A stretch of DNA of 64,000 nt from Bacilli bacterium (GCA_050949315.1 JBMNFL010000001.1:928001-992000), one strand, 5' to 3'. Counted from the stretch's first letter, positions 1 through 10,357 are shown. Notes: generated from the letters alone by a model not told the origin. Made by a program: numbers and translations.

Positions 1-985
1 AAACATTAGTTGAACCTTTTCTAACGCCTTTCGCCTCAAAGGTTTGGGGCTCATTGACAATGATTTGCGGCAGGGCGATATAGATTTTGTTTTCATCGAA
101 GATAAGTTTTATCTCACGATTTAAATCACGGACCAGTTGGTAACGATCGTTTTCATCACAACGGGCGATTAAACGAATAAAAACACCTTTATCGGCTAAT
201 TTGCTAACACCTTTATAGAAAGGTCCTTCAACGATAGAAGGCAGCCGATTTTTAATGCGTTCTAAATTTTCCGAAATGACTTTTTCGACCCGTTCTAAAG
301 ACTCACCATATTCAATGGCCACATCGCAGATAGCAAGTGACAAATCACTGGTCATGTTGATCATTCTGCGAATGTCAGAGTTGTTGATTACTTGGATATC
401 ACCACCAACATCAATAATTTTGGTGGTTCTAACCCCGATTTCTTGAACCGTGCCTCTAAAACCATCGATAACCACAACATCACCGACATCAAAGTTTTGT
501 TCAAAGACGATGAAAAGTCCGCTGATGACATCTTCAATTAAGGGTTGGGCCCCAAGACCAATGATGAGTCCGAGAATACCAACACTAGCAATCAGCGCTG
601 CCGTATCAACGCCCCAGAGTTTAAGAATCCAAATAATTAAAACAATAACCGCCAAATATTTAATAAGACTTTTAACAAGATCCAAAACTGATTTTCGTCT
701 GGTTAGTCGTTTCTCTAAAAGACTGAGTAAGAAACGCAGTATTTTAGAAAGTCCCAAGATGACAATAATAAGAAGTAGTGTTGTTATAAGGGTGGGGAAG
801 CGGTTTTTAAAGAATAGGCCAATTGAATTTAAGGCGTCTAAACTTGCCCCTAGATAAGATGTTTCGCCAAAAATTAACGGGGCCAACAAAACAAACAAAA
901 CAAAGAGCCCACAGATGGCAAAGAAGATAGCTTTAGAGATAAAGCGTTTATCTTTGCAGCGACATGATTTTTTTTCTTTTTCCAT
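1..985 (-). CDS. mscS: Small-conductance mechanosensitive channel (MscS family), 3' end runs off the window
   Basis: Not in ORF track. Read manually from ATG at 985 with GGAGG RBS: MEKEKKSCRCKDKRF...ASVGILGLIIGLGAQPLIEDVISGLFIVFEQNFDVGDVVVIDGFRGTVQEIGVRTTKI, the MscS TM3/beta-domain signature. Confidence 0.9.
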   Translation of the reverse strand, partial: MEKEKKSCRCKDKRFISKAIFFAICGLFVLFVLLAPLIFGETSYLGASLDALNSIGLFFKNRFPTLITTLLLIIVILGLSKILRFLLSLLEKRLTRRKSVLDLVKSLIKYLAVIVLIIWILKLWGVDTAALIASVGILGLIIGLGAQPLIEDVISGLFIVFEQNFDVGDVVVIDGFRGTVQEIGVRTTKIIDVGGDIQVINNSDIRRMINMTSDLSLAICDVAIEYGESLERVEKVISENLERIKNRLPSIVEGPFYKGVSKLADKGVFIRLIARCDENDRYQLVRDLNREIKLIFDENKIYIALPQIIVNEPQTFEAKGVRKGSTNV

Positions 986-1002
986 TTTTCTAACCTCCAA
1001 TG

Positions 1003-4000
1003 TTAAAGTTCAATACTTTCTTCAAAAAGAACAGTTTCGCTGTCATCATTTTTGATACCAATAAAGCGGAATTGGTAAATATAAGGAGCGGGTGTAGGTG
1101 GGGCCGATAACACCTGCTCATCGGTTAAGATGTTGCCAACAATATTTTGGACAATAGGATTTTCAGGATCTCTAGAATCCACTAATAAAACCTTGTAACT
1201 AACATATTGTTCTTGATAGTCACTATGACTATCAACTTTATAATATTTATTAGGATCTTGAGGTTTTTCATAGATAGAGACTATAGTTATTTTTTCAGTG
1301 TGATGTTCGTTATAGTAAACAAGGCGACCATCTTTCTGAATTTCAAAACGATAGAGGCTATCTTCATTTAAAATATTGTAGTTAACTATAATTTGTACTA
1401 ACTCGCCAGATCCATCTAACATATAGGCGATATTGGCATAATCATCAGAAATTTCATTGGGGTCGCTAGTTACCGCTTCAATTGTTAGTTCACTTAAAGG
1501 TGTTGTCTCGCCAGCCGGGATTAAAAGCAGGGTGATGGGCGAGAAATTACTGGCTTCCGTTTCAATAGTGAAGTGTATTTCTTGATCACTCATTGAAATC
1601 TCGCTTTGTTGATAACTAAAGAGACTGATAGAATCTTCGTATAAGATTGCTTGTGAATTATCGTGTTTAATTCCAATTAATTCGAAAATATAGGAATCGG
1701 GGCTGTAGTCGTTGGGATTTAAGACTTTTTCGCCACTCCAGTTTTCACCTAGTTGAATTAAGGGTTCAGAAGAAGGACTGTGTTCTCCTGTTAGTCTAAC
1801 AGCATAACTCTTATACTGATCCTGATAATCGCTATGTTCAATTTGATAATAGACATTACTATCATCTTTCTTGGTTGAGAAACTGACATTGGTCACTTTT
1901 TCAGTATGGGAGTCAAAACTGATTAAGACTTCATCGTTCTCTGCCTTACTTAGTTGGAAAGATAAAGGTGTATTGGGCGGTAAGGGGTAGTAAAAGCTCA
2001 GCTGCAAGAGATTATCATCGACATTAGGAACAACGGTTACGTTACAATCACCATTTACGATAGTGTTAGACTCTGAACTATCAATATTCATTACAATCTC
2101 AGTAGCCGAAATTGTTAGAATTGATTTTAAAGGAACAAAGTCATAATAAGAGAGGTTGATAGTAAAACTAACACCATTATTGCCAACATTTAAATCATCA
2201 AGGCGATAACTATCAATATATATTGTTTCTTCATATAAAGGTATTTCAAAGCTATCTTCTCTACTGATGCCATAAAGCTTATAAACATATTGCCAAGCAG
2301 GGAAACTATCAAGTTGAATTACCTGCTCATCGCTGATCGAACCTTCTATGGATAAGGGATAGGTTTGGGGAGTAGCTCCGGCTTCATTGACTATGCTAGT
2401 CAAAGTAGCAGTGTAGCCTTGATAAGAATTATTATAATCACTGGTACTGATTTGATAATAGAAGTTTTCATTATCGCCGGTTTTACGGTAAAAAGTTGCC
2501 GTGGTGTCTTTTTCGGTTCTAAAACTCAATTCATAGAGTATAGTTGAACCTCTTTGTAAGATAAAGTTATATTCGCTATCTGCCTGTAAGTAATACTGGA
2601 ATTCTAGGGTAACAAGATCATCTTGAATATTAGGTGAGATACTCAGACGGTTATCCTCATTAAAAAGGGTATTATCTTCAGGACTATCAATGTTAAAGAC
2701 ACTTTCAAATCCTTCCCCAGTTAATCTTGCCACCATTGGTTCGAAATCTTGATAGGGCGGCACATCGATGATGAGATAAGCATCGCTTGAAGTGATACTT
2801 AGCATCTTGGCCCTTATTGGCATAAATAAAACTTGTTCAAGTAGTAGCAGTTCATCTTGTAGGTTGTCTCTTAGGCGCCCAAAGAGTTTAAAGTTGTATT
2901 GAGGGGCGTTAAAGGTTGTTAGACTCAAAGCTTGTTCAGTATGGACGTTAGAACTAGTAAGTGTGAAATTTTCAATGTAAGGTGTACCAGTTGTAACTTC
3001 GCTTATTTGTACGCGATAATCAAGAAATCTTTGCTGATAATCACTGGATTCAATTTGATAATAGAAGTTATCGTTATTGCTTGTTTTACGGTAGAATTCC
3101 ACAGAAGTTTCTTTTTCGCTTCTAAAATTCTTTTGATATAAAAGCTCGTTACCGCGTTTTAAGCGGAAAGTATAATTAGTGTCGGCAGTTAAACCAAAGA
3201 AACTGACATTTACAGTCAGAAGATTGTTTTCGCCAGGCGGATTTAGACTTATTGAAGCAAAGCTATTCGAAACTTGAGGCTGGTTAAGATTGTTAAGGGC
3301 AATCGTTTTTTCTTCGCTTCCTTTAAGCAAACTAAAAATAAGCGGGGCAAAGTTTTCCCTAGACAAATCTAGAGTTGTAGATAAGGAGAAATCATTATAA
3401 GTGAAATCTTGAGCAATTACCTTATCAATATTTACCGTTTCTCTTAGTAGTTCAAATTCATCGCCACTATCACGCAGAGTAGCATGGAGACTGATTTCAT
3501 ATTGCCAAGCATTATAGATAGTAAGGTCAATTTTTTGTTCATCAGTAATTGAACCGCTAACATCTAAATAATGTTCAGTTTGACTACTGGCAGTTTCTGT
3601 TAGTTTAACTTTATATCCCGCATATCTTTCTTGATAGTCGCTAAGGTCAAATTGATAATAGAAATAGTTATTATCACCACTTTTATGATAAAGGTTAACA
3701 CTTGTTGTTTTTTCAGTTCTGATATCCCGTTCTAGAATCACACGATTTTGTTTAGTTAATTTAAAGTGGTAGAGTGCATCAGGTGTTAAATTCTCACAAC
3801 TAAATTGGATTAAAATCTTATTTTCTTGAGTATTGACATGCAGGAAAACCCAAGAATTTTGGGTACTATATTCAGTTACATTAAGATTTTCAATGTCAAA
3901 GTGTTCATTTAAATTCTCACCACTTAAGTCAAGGCTTAAAGTTGCGAAAGTATCACAGGGAAGTTCAAAAGAAAGTTGCAAGTCTTGATCATTTATTTCT

Positions 4001-5280
4001 AAATAGACGAGTCGACCTTGATCAAAGGTTAATAGTTCTTCATAAAGGCTAATCTCACGTTCGTAAGTTTGACCAAAGCCATGCACATAACTAAGTCCAA
4101 TTAAGACAAAACGATATTGACTCTCGTCATAGTCAGCAAGCGTAATCTTTTGCTCGCTAAAGATATCGCCAACAAGAGGAAGTTCATAATCTTGTTCGTC
4201 AACCAAACTGACAAGTTTTACCTTGTAAGCATGGAAACGTTTACGATAATCACTCATTGAAATTTGGTAATATAGATCAGGGTCATTATCCTTATAATGG
4301 AACTCAACCTTTAATTGTTTTTCGGTATGGAAGGTTTCCTGATAGAATTTGCGTTTGTTTCTCTGAACTTGGAATTTATAGACGGAATCTTCTTGTAAAT
4401 TGTTATAGTAAAGATTTAAAAGCAAACGATTTTCGCTAGCTAAAGGGCAGACTTCTAGAGAACTGTTTTCTTGTGAGAAACTCTGTTCTTCATTGCTTTC
4501 AACTTGGAAAGTACTAAAGATATTACCGGCTTGATCAATTAAATCAAGACTTAAAGTTTTGAAATTTGAATTAGCAAGTTCAAAGGTGAAACTTAAATCT
4601 TTATCGGTAATTTCTAGATTACTGACGTGATAATTACCTGTTTGCACTTGCTCCTCATAGATGGTTGTGCCACCCAAATTCCCTTTGTCAATGACTTTAA
4701 AAGTATAAAGGTTGTTAGCTTCCAGCCCAGTATAAAAACAATAAAAATTAACGGTTTCTAAATCGGTTTCTGTACGCACATTATCTAAAAGAGTGTAAAA
4801 AGAATCACTGCTTTCAAAAGAAGTGATGGCCGTTTCTTTTTTGTGATAATCATTACCAAAAGAAATAAGCAAATTAGGATTCTCATAGTAATCCATTTCT
4901 AGATTAATTTGATATTCGTTAAGTGAGAGTTCACTAAAAACTTTTTTAATTTGAGGCGAGTTTAAAGCGGTAACAGCAGCTGTGGATACGACAACCGAAG
5001 CCACAGCAGCGTAGGAAACTAATTTACTGATGCCACTTGCTCCGGCTTCGTGAGCCTTGGCACCTCTTATGCCACCGCCTCTTCTATGGGTTTTCTTACT
5101 AAAAAGTTCGCTGTTTTCTTCATCTGTTTCTTTGCGATTTCGTTCATGTGAAGAACGATATTCTCTTTTCGAACGAAAATTATTTTCATCACTATAATTA
5201 TGTTCATGGTAAGGTCTATTTTCATAACCAAAGCGGCGATGGTCGGCTTCTTTTCGCTGGTAATTATTATTGTTTTCCAC
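1003..5280 (-). CDS. Large membrane-anchored protein with six ~200-aa tandem FN3/Ig-like repeats
   Basis: 1425-aa ORF, GTG start with GGAGGTG RBS, charged N-terminus, single hydrophobic segment (LVSYAAVASVVVSTAAVTAL), recurring TEK...YYQ...SDY and L..(D/N)..Y.F motifs. Confidence 0.8.
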   Translation of the reverse strand: MENNNNYQRKEADHRRFGYENRPYHEHNYSDENNFRSKREYRSSHERNRKETDEENSELFSKKTHRRGGGIRGAKAHEAGASGISKLVSYAAVASVVVSTAAVTALNSPQIKKVFSELSLNEYQINLEMDYYENPNLLISFGNDYHKKETAITSFESSDSFYTLLDNVRTETDLETVNFYCFYTGLEANNLYTFKVIDKGNLGGTTIYEEQVQTGNYHVSNLEITDKDLSFTFELANSNFKTLSLDLIDQAGNIFSTFQVESNEEQSFSQENSSLEVCPLASENRLLLNLYYNNLQEDSVYKFQVQRNKRKFYQETFHTEKQLKVEFHYKDNDPDLYYQISMSDYRKRFHAYKVKLVSLVDEQDYELPLVGDIFSEQKITLADYDESQYRFVLIGLSYVHGFGQTYEREISLYEELLTFDQGRLVYLEINDQDLQLSFELPCDTFATLSLDLSGENLNEHFDIENLNVTEYSTQNSWVFLHVNTQENKILIQFSCENLTPDALYHFKLTKQNRVILERDIRTEKTTSVNLYHKSGDNNYFYYQFDLSDYQERYAGYKVKLTETASSQTEHYLDVSGSITDEQKIDLTIYNAWQYEISLHATLRDSGDEFELLRETVNIDKVIAQDFTYNDFSLSTTLDLSRENFAPLIFSLLKGSEEKTIALNNLNQPQVSNSFASISLNPPGENNLLTVNVSFFGLTADTNYTFRLKRGNELLYQKNFRSEKETSVEFYRKTSNNDNFYYQIESSDYQQRFLDYRVQISEVTTGTPYIENFTLTSSNVHTEQALSLTTFNAPQYNFKLFGRLRDNLQDELLLLEQVLFMPIRAKMLSITSSDAYLIIDVPPYQDFEPMVARLTGEGFESVFNIDSPEDNTLFNEDNRLSISPNIQDDLVTLEFQYYLQADSEYNFILQRGSTILYELSFRTEKDTTATFYRKTGDNENFYYQISTSDYNNSYQGYTATLTSIVNEAGATPQTYPLSIEGSISDEQVIQLDSFPAWQYVYKLYGISREDSFEIPLYEETIYIDSYRLDDLNVGNNGVSFTINLSYYDFVPLKSILTISATEIVMNIDSSESNTIVNGDCNVTVVPNVDDNLLQLSFYYPLPPNTPLSFQLSKAENDEVLISFDSHTEKVTNVSFSTKKDDSNVYYQIEHSDYQDQYKSYAVRLTGEHSPSSEPLIQLGENWSGEKVLNPNDYSPDSYIFELIGIKHDNSQAILYEDSISLFSYQQSEISMSDQEIHFTIETEASNFSPITLLLIPAGETTPLSELTIEAVTSDPNEISDDYANIAYMLDGSGELVQIIVNYNILNEDSLYRFEIQKDGRLVYYNEHHTEKITIVSIYEKPQDPNKYYKVDSHSDYQEQYVSYKVLLVDSRDPENPIVQNIVGNILTDEQVLSAPPTPAPYIYQFRFIGIKNDDSETVLFEESIEL

Positions 5281-5310
5281 AACGCCACCTCCAATTATTG
5301 AATAGTGAAA

Positions 5311-5322
5311 TTATTATAGCAT
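5311..5322 (-). promoter_or_regulatory. Putative extended -10 promoter for the repeat-protein/mscS unit
   Basis: Minus strand reads ATGCTATAAT about 30 nt upstream of the GTG start. Confidence 0.55.
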
Positions 5323-5372
5323 TTAAAAAATAAACAAAGCAATTGCTTTGATACTACTTGTTAATATAAAAA

Positions 5373-5408
5373 TAAAAAAGGACCCAAGTCCTTGTAAGAC
5401 CTGGGTCA
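5373..5408 (-). terminator. Rho-independent terminator after the SPFH gene
   Basis: Minus strand hairpin GACCCAGGTC/GACTTGGGTC followed by CTTTTTTA. Confidence 0.65.
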
Positions 5409-5418
5409 ATAATTAAGA

Positions 5419-6357
5419 TTATTTCTTCTTTTCTTCTTGAGTTTTGGGCTCTTTAATAATCTCAGTAATGGAAGCAATAGTTCCGGCTAAATCTTGTAAA
5501 TTAGAGGGGATAATAAGTTTGGTTGATTTACCATCCGCAACTTTTTCTAAAGCCTTGAAGCCCTCTAGAGTCATATACTCTTTAGAAGGTTTAGCTTCAT
5601 TGATATAACGAATAGCATCAGCCTGAGCATGGAAGAGTTGTCTTAAGGCTTCTGCACGTCCTTCAGCCTCCGTGATGGTAGATTGTCTTGCGGCTTCGGC
5701 TTTAAGAATCATAGACTCTTTCTGACCTTGAGCAGTTAGAATAGCCGCGGTTTTTTCACCCTCGGCTCTAAGAATAGATTCTCTTCTTTCCCGTTCAGCC
5801 CGCATTTGTTTTTCCATGGCCTCTTGAATGTCTCTTGGTGGAAGAATGTTTTTCACCTCTACACGGTGAACCTTGATGCCCCAAGGATCGGTGGCAATAT
5901 CAAGAATAGAACGCATCTTGGAGTTAATGGTGTCCCTAGAAGTTAGGGTCTCATCAAGTTCCAATTCACCAATAATGTTTCTCAAAGTTGTGGCTGTAAG
6001 ATTTTCAATGGCGTTCATCGGCCTTTCGACCCCGTAGCAATAGAGTTTGGGATCAGTGACAGCAAAATAAACGACCGTATCAATCTGCATGGTAACGTTA
6101 TCTTTAGTGATAACAGGTTGTGGCGGGAAATCAGCGACTCTTTCTTTCAAAGAGATTTTAGCGACCACCCGGTCAAAGAAGGGCACAATAATATTGAGTC
6201 CGCTTCCACAAACCTTAAGGAATTTTCCTAATCTTTCAACAACGATGGCTTCGCTTTGGCGAACCACGCGAATGGAAAAAAGACTTAGGGCAACGACAAT
6301 AAATAGGATTACTAAAACAATAACTAAAACCGTGACATTAACTTCTGCTAAAAACAT
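5419..6357 (-). CDS. SPFH/band 7 (stomatin/prohibitin-like, QmcA/HflC family) membrane protein
   Basis: N-terminal TM; PQPVITKDNVTMQID and AMEKQMRAERERR motifs; 1-nt overlap with nfeD. Confidence 0.93.
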   Translation of the reverse strand: MFLAEVNVTVLVIVLVILFIVVALSLFSIRVVRQSEAIVVERLGKFLKVCGSGLNIIVPFFDRVVAKISLKERVADFPPQPVITKDNVTMQIDTVVYFAVTDPKLYCYGVERPMNAIENLTATTLRNIIGELELDETLTSRDTINSKMRSILDIATDPWGIKVHRVEVKNILPPRDIQEAMEKQMRAERERRESILRAEGEKTAAILTAQGQKESMILKAEAARQSTITEAEGRAEALRQLFHAQADAIRYINEAKPSKEYMTLEGFKALEKVADGKSTKLIIPSNLQDLAGTIASITEIIKEPKTQEEKKK

Positions 6358-6815
6358 TAGATTTCCTCCTTTTTAACAACATAGAATTTATTACCACTAA
6401 TTTCGGTGATAATAGCAATATCACCCACATCAACTCTTTGACCCTCGCGGCAAATCAGAGTATAGATTAAGCCAGCGTATTTCCCTTCGCCATAGTTGAG
6501 ATGATCGGCGGCTTTGATGACGACGACTTCCTGACCAATGGCGGCTTCAATATTGGTAGCAATACCGCGATTGCGAAGGACCTTGTTGGCCCAGCGTCCA
6601 ATGGTAAATAACAAAATACAGGAAACAACAAGAAAAACCACGACTTGGATAACAATAGATTCCACCCCTACTAAAGAAAGAATAAGGGCGACGAAGGCAC
6701 CAGCACTAAACCAAATACAATCTAGTTCTTGGGTGGAGAGTTCAATAACAATTGTTCCCACAATCAAAAGAATCCAAAGAATATTAATGGCTGGTAGAAT
6801 GGTTGTAAGAATCAT
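6357..6815 (-). CDS. NfeD-family membrane protein (C-terminal OB fold)
   Basis: Three to four TM segments then an OB-like domain; classic partner of SPFH genes. Start placed at ATG 6815 from RBS spacing (track start 6824). Confidence 0.85.
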   Translation of the reverse strand: MILTTILPAINILWILLIVGTIVIELSTQELDCIWFSAGAFVALILSLVGVESIVIQVVVFLVVSCILLFTIGRWANKVLRNRGIATNIEAAIGQEVVVIKAADHLNYGEGKYAGLIYTLICREGQRVDVGDIAIITEISGNKFYVVKKEEI

Positions 6816-6955
6816 ACTCATCACCTCAACTTAATTATAACAAGTCATAAAAGTGAGTTCAACAATCATTTAGAAGTTTATCTAAATGTTTTTTAAAAGT
6901 TATTCAAGTGTGAAGTTGGCCTTTTATGTTATACTAAAAAAAGGAGATGATTGCG

Positions 6956-7555
6956 ATGGATGAAATCTATAAATTCATAACCAAGGTTCAAAGTATTGCC
7001 AAGATTGGCAAAGTCTTTTCTAAAGATCCCTATGCCTTAGAAAATTATGAAGAACTAGAAAAAATAAGCCGAGAAGCTTTGGAAAATTACAGTGGTGAAA
7101 AGTTGTTGCGAGATAATATTTTTGTTCGCGATATTTATCCAACACCTAGTATTTCTTGTCGGGCGCTTATTTTGAATAGTAAGCAGGAGATTTTGCTCGT
7201 CAAGGAAGCCAAGACAAAGAACTGGTCTTTGCCAGGAGGTTGGTGCGATTTATATGAAAGTCCAAGTCAAGCCATCATCAAAGAATGCCGGCAAGAAGCC
7301 GGGGTTGATATTGAAATTTCCCGCTTATTATGTTTTACGGATCGCCGTGATTATTTGGAGCCAAATGCGGTTTCTGAGTATACTGTTTGCTTCCTTTGTC
7401 AAGTTGTTAAGGATTATCATGAGCATTGTCATGAAACCACAGATGTTAAATATTTCGCCCTAGATGCTTTGCCAGAACTTTCGCATAAGTATCGTTTAGA
7501 AGAACTTAAAAAGGCCTTAAAGGCCTATAAAACAGGGAAGGTTTATTTTAATTAA
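6956..7555 (+). CDS. NUDIX hydrolase with N-terminal helical domain (ADP-ribose pyrophosphatase-like)
   Basis: Nudix box GGWCDLYESPSQAIIKECRQEAG; YPTP motif; N-terminal SIAKIGKVFSKDPYALENYEEL. Confidence 0.88.
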   Translation: MDEIYKFITKVQSIAKIGKVFSKDPYALENYEELEKISREALENYSGEKLLRDNIFVRDIYPTPSISCRALILNSKQEILLVKEAKTKNWSLPGGWCDLYESPSQAIIKECRQEAGVDIEISRLLCFTDRRDYLEPNAVSEYTVCFLCQVVKDYHEHCHETTDVKYFALDALPELSHKYRLEELKKALKAYKTGKVYFN

Positions 7556-9102
7556 TTAGTCTTTTTATTAAATCTTAGGTATTTGAATAAAGGTCGCATA
7601 TGTTTATACATTGGTCTATAAACATTTTTAAATAATTTATCATAGAGGCGCGCATTATCAGGATTTGGTTCAAAGCGCTTGGTATAATGAATCATGTTTT
7701 GACAAGCTTCTTCATAACTTGCATATTCTTTCATGGCGACAAAGCCTACGATGGATGAACCCAAACCACAAGCTTCACTGGTTTGGATTTTTTTAATAGG
7801 GAGATTGAAAATATCACAGAGGATTTGACAGATCTCATCGCTGTTACTGCCACCCCCAGAAACCACCAACTCCTTAATTGTTTGTTTTCTAGCGATTTGA
7901 TTTAGGCCAGCCCTTAAGCCATAACCAATACCTTCAATCATGGCTCGATAAAGGTGATATTTGTTATGTGAAGAATTAAAACCGATAACACTGCCACGGG
8001 CTTCGGGAATTTTTAAGGCTGGCGCCCAGAAAGGTTGTAAAACTAAACCATTAGCGCCGGGTAAGGTGTCTTTAAGATGTTCATTAAGAATTTGTTCGGT
8101 GGGACAGCCGCGTTTCAAAGCTTCCTGTGTTTCTTCATGGGCGAACTCTTTTACAAACCATGAGAGCATCCAAAAGCCCCGGAATAGTTGGACTTCTGGG
8201 GTCCAATGATTGGGAATGCTGGCTCGATAACAAGGCAAGAAAAGTTCGGGTTCAAGATAATAATCGGTGATGATTTGAACTGAAGCTGCCGTTCCACAGG
8301 AAATAGAAGCTAAACTCTTATCTAGACCTATGGTTCCTAAAGTTTCACAGGATTTATCGGCCCCAGTAGCAATTATGGGTAGACCTTCTTTTAAACCAGT
8401 TGCTTTGGCACAGTCTTTAGAGATGTAACCCAAAACTTCGCCAGGATCTTTTAAATTATGACAGCATTGGGATTCTTTAATACCAAAAATCCCGTATTTT
8501 AAAGCTCCCGGTTTGTCCCAACGATTATTCTTATAATCATAGGAAATATGGCCGACCTGAGCCGAACTTGAATCGGTCAGTTGACCACAGAGTTTATAGA
8601 TAAGATAAGTTGAAAGTAGGACATATTTTTCAGTTTTCGCCCAAATTTCTGGTTCGTTTTCAATTAGCCAGTGTGATTTACTTTGCTTGAGTAACTCTAC
8701 GGTACAATCTTTCATACCAACAATAGAAAAAAGAAAATTTTGTTTGGCAGTTAAGGGTAGGGTTTCTAATTTAGCCGTGCGTAAATCTGACCACATAATA
8801 CAGGGTCGTAAAGGCTTATTATTGACATCAAGGTTAACCATAGAATCATGAAAACAAGTGAGAGTGACCGCGATAATATTTTCGAATAAATCCGGGTATT
8901 TTTCACTTAAATAGCGGCAAGCAGTAAACATATTATCAACAAACAAATCAGGATCTTGTTCAAACCACTCATCGTGAAGCGAGATATAGGGCGGAAGTTT
9001 TATTTGTTTAATAGCAACAATTGTACCCTTTTTATCACAAAGAAGCGCTCTTGTACTTTGGGTTCCAAGATCAAAAGTAAGAATTAAGGGGTCTTTTTTC
9101 AT
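7552..9102 (-). CDS. FGGY-family carbohydrate kinase
   Basis: DLGTQSTRA phosphate-1 motif, GADKSCE, RAMIEGIGY, VSGGGSNS. Confidence 0.9.
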   Translation of the reverse strand: MKKDPLILTFDLGTQSTRALLCDKKGTIVAIKQIKLPPYISLHDEWFEQDPDLFVDNMFTACRYLSEKYPDLFENIIAVTLTCFHDSMVNLDVNNKPLRPCIMWSDLRTAKLETLPLTAKQNFLFSIVGMKDCTVELLKQSKSHWLIENEPEIWAKTEKYVLLSTYLIYKLCGQLTDSSSAQVGHISYDYKNNRWDKPGALKYGIFGIKESQCCHNLKDPGEVLGYISKDCAKATGLKEGLPIIATGADKSCETLGTIGLDKSLASISCGTAASVQIITDYYLEPELFLPCYRASIPNHWTPEVQLFRGFWMLSWFVKEFAHEETQEALKRGCPTEQILNEHLKDTLPGANGLVLQPFWAPALKIPEARGSVIGFNSSHNKYHLYRAMIEGIGYGLRAGLNQIARKQTIKELVVSGGGSNSDEICQILCDIFNLPIKKIQTSEACGLGSSIVGFVAMKEYASYEEACQNMIHYTKRFEPNPDNARLYDKLFKNVYRPMYKHMRPLFKYLRFNKKTN

Positions 9103-9224
9103 TGCACAGGCCTCCTGCTTTTCTAAATGATAACATAAATGATTTTAAAATTGAGAGAAAAATTGACAGGAACTTGGTTAGCCCATAAAATAATAGAGTA
9201 AATAAGCGCTTGAGAGGGAAGAAA

Positions 9225-10118
9225 ATGCAATTATATGGCTGGAACTTTGAATTAGAAATATTGCGGTCTTTGGAAAATGTACGCAGTGATTTTTTTAATG
9301 GCCTTTTTGAAATGATAACAATGATAGGCGAGGAGACCATTTTTATTATAGTTGCTGCTCTCTTCTATTTTGTGATAGATAAGAAGTTTGGAGAAAAACT
9401 TCTTTACACTCTCTGTTTTGTCAATGCCTCAACGATGGTTATTAAGAATTTGACTAAAATCCCAAGACCCTTTGTTGCCGATAGTAGTTTACAACCAATA
9501 AGAGTAGAAACAGCAACAGGTTATTCTTTTCCTAGTGGCCACACAGCGATGGCCAGTGGCTGGCTATGTACAGTTGCTCGTTATTTTAAGAAAAAATATC
9601 TTCTTTCAATCGCTGTCATTATAAGTTTTCTTGTTGGGTTTTCTAGAGTCTATCTAGGAGTGCATTATCCGAGTGATGTTATTGCTGGTCTTATTATTGG
9701 TTTAGTTGGTGGTTTAGGTCTAGCATATCTTTTTGATGAAGCCAAAAACAAAGGACTTGTGGCCTTAGCTTCTACTTTGGTTTTTCTGCCTTTTATTCTG
9801 CATTTTAGTTTTAATCCTGATCCCCAATACGCGGATTTTTTTAAGACCTATGGTGTCATTCTTAGTTTTGGAACCGCCTTTTATTTTGAAGAACATTTTG
9901 TCAATTTTGATAACAAAGGGCCTTTGTTTAAGCGTTTGTTGCGATTGATTATTGGTATAGCTTTTGCCTTAGGTATAAAAATTGGGCTCAAGGCTTTATT
10001 TGACTTAATATCCGGTTCTTTGTTGGTAAACCAGTTTTTAGATCTTTTACGTTACTTCATTTTAGGTTTTGCCACCTTAGGGCTTTATCCCTGGTTTTTT
10101 AAAAAACTTGGCTTCTAG
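9225..10118 (+). CDS. PAP2-family membrane lipid phosphatase
   Basis: K...RP, SFPSGH and SRVYLGVHYPSDV motifs; multiple TMs; TTGACA-17-TAAAAT promoter at 9163-9191. Confidence 0.9.
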   Translation: MQLYGWNFELEILRSLENVRSDFFNGLFEMITMIGEETIFIIVAALFYFVIDKKFGEKLLYTLCFVNASTMVIKNLTKIPRPFVADSSLQPIRVETATGYSFPSGHTAMASGWLCTVARYFKKKYLLSIAVIISFLVGFSRVYLGVHYPSDVIAGLIIGLVGGLGLAYLFDEAKNKGLVALASTLVFLPFILHFSFNPDPQYADFFKTYGVILSFGTAFYFEEHFVNFDNKGPLFKRLLRLIIGIAFALGIKIGLKALFDLISGSLLVNQFLDLLRYFILGFATLGLYPWFFKKLGF

Positions 10119-10120
10119 AC

Positions 10121-10149
10121 TTGCCTAGCCAACTATAAGTTGGTAAAAT
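10121..10149 (+). promoter_or_regulatory. Sigma-A promoter of the cysS operon
   Basis: TTGCCT-17 nt-TAAAAT with extended TG. Confidence 0.6.
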
Positions 10150-10159
10150 CAAGTAAATC

Positions 10160-10342
10160 CTAAGTGAGAAAGAAAGGCTGATTTTATTTTAGAGAAGACT
10201 CGGTTGGTGTAAGAGTTGATAAAGAGGCCAAAGATGCACTCACTAGAGCCGCTAATAACGGACGTGGGGAGGCGTTAACTCTCAATGCCCAACTTTAGAG
10301 TGGAAACGTGCTAGTATAGACGCCTCTAGTGGCGCCTTTTTA
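10160..10342 (+). promoter_or_regulatory. Cys T-box riboswitch
   Basis: AGAGA and GGTG stem I motifs, TGC (Cys) specifier at 10235-10237, T-box TAGAGTGGAAACG at 10296-10308 pairing with CGCCTCTA, terminator-like CGCC/GGCG plus T run; directly upstream of cysS. Confidence 0.82.
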
Positions 10343-10357
10343 TATGGAGGAAGAACA

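Noticed and set aside
255-857. Plus-strand ORFs 255-446 and 450-857
   Set aside because: Antisense shadows of mscS, which is on the minus strand and has an RBS and family motifs
9202-9213. AAGCGCTT palindrome as a cre/LacI operator between the FGGY kinase and PAP2 genes
   Set aside because: The flanking TG...CA bases of the consensus are missing; an 8-bp palindrome can arise by chance
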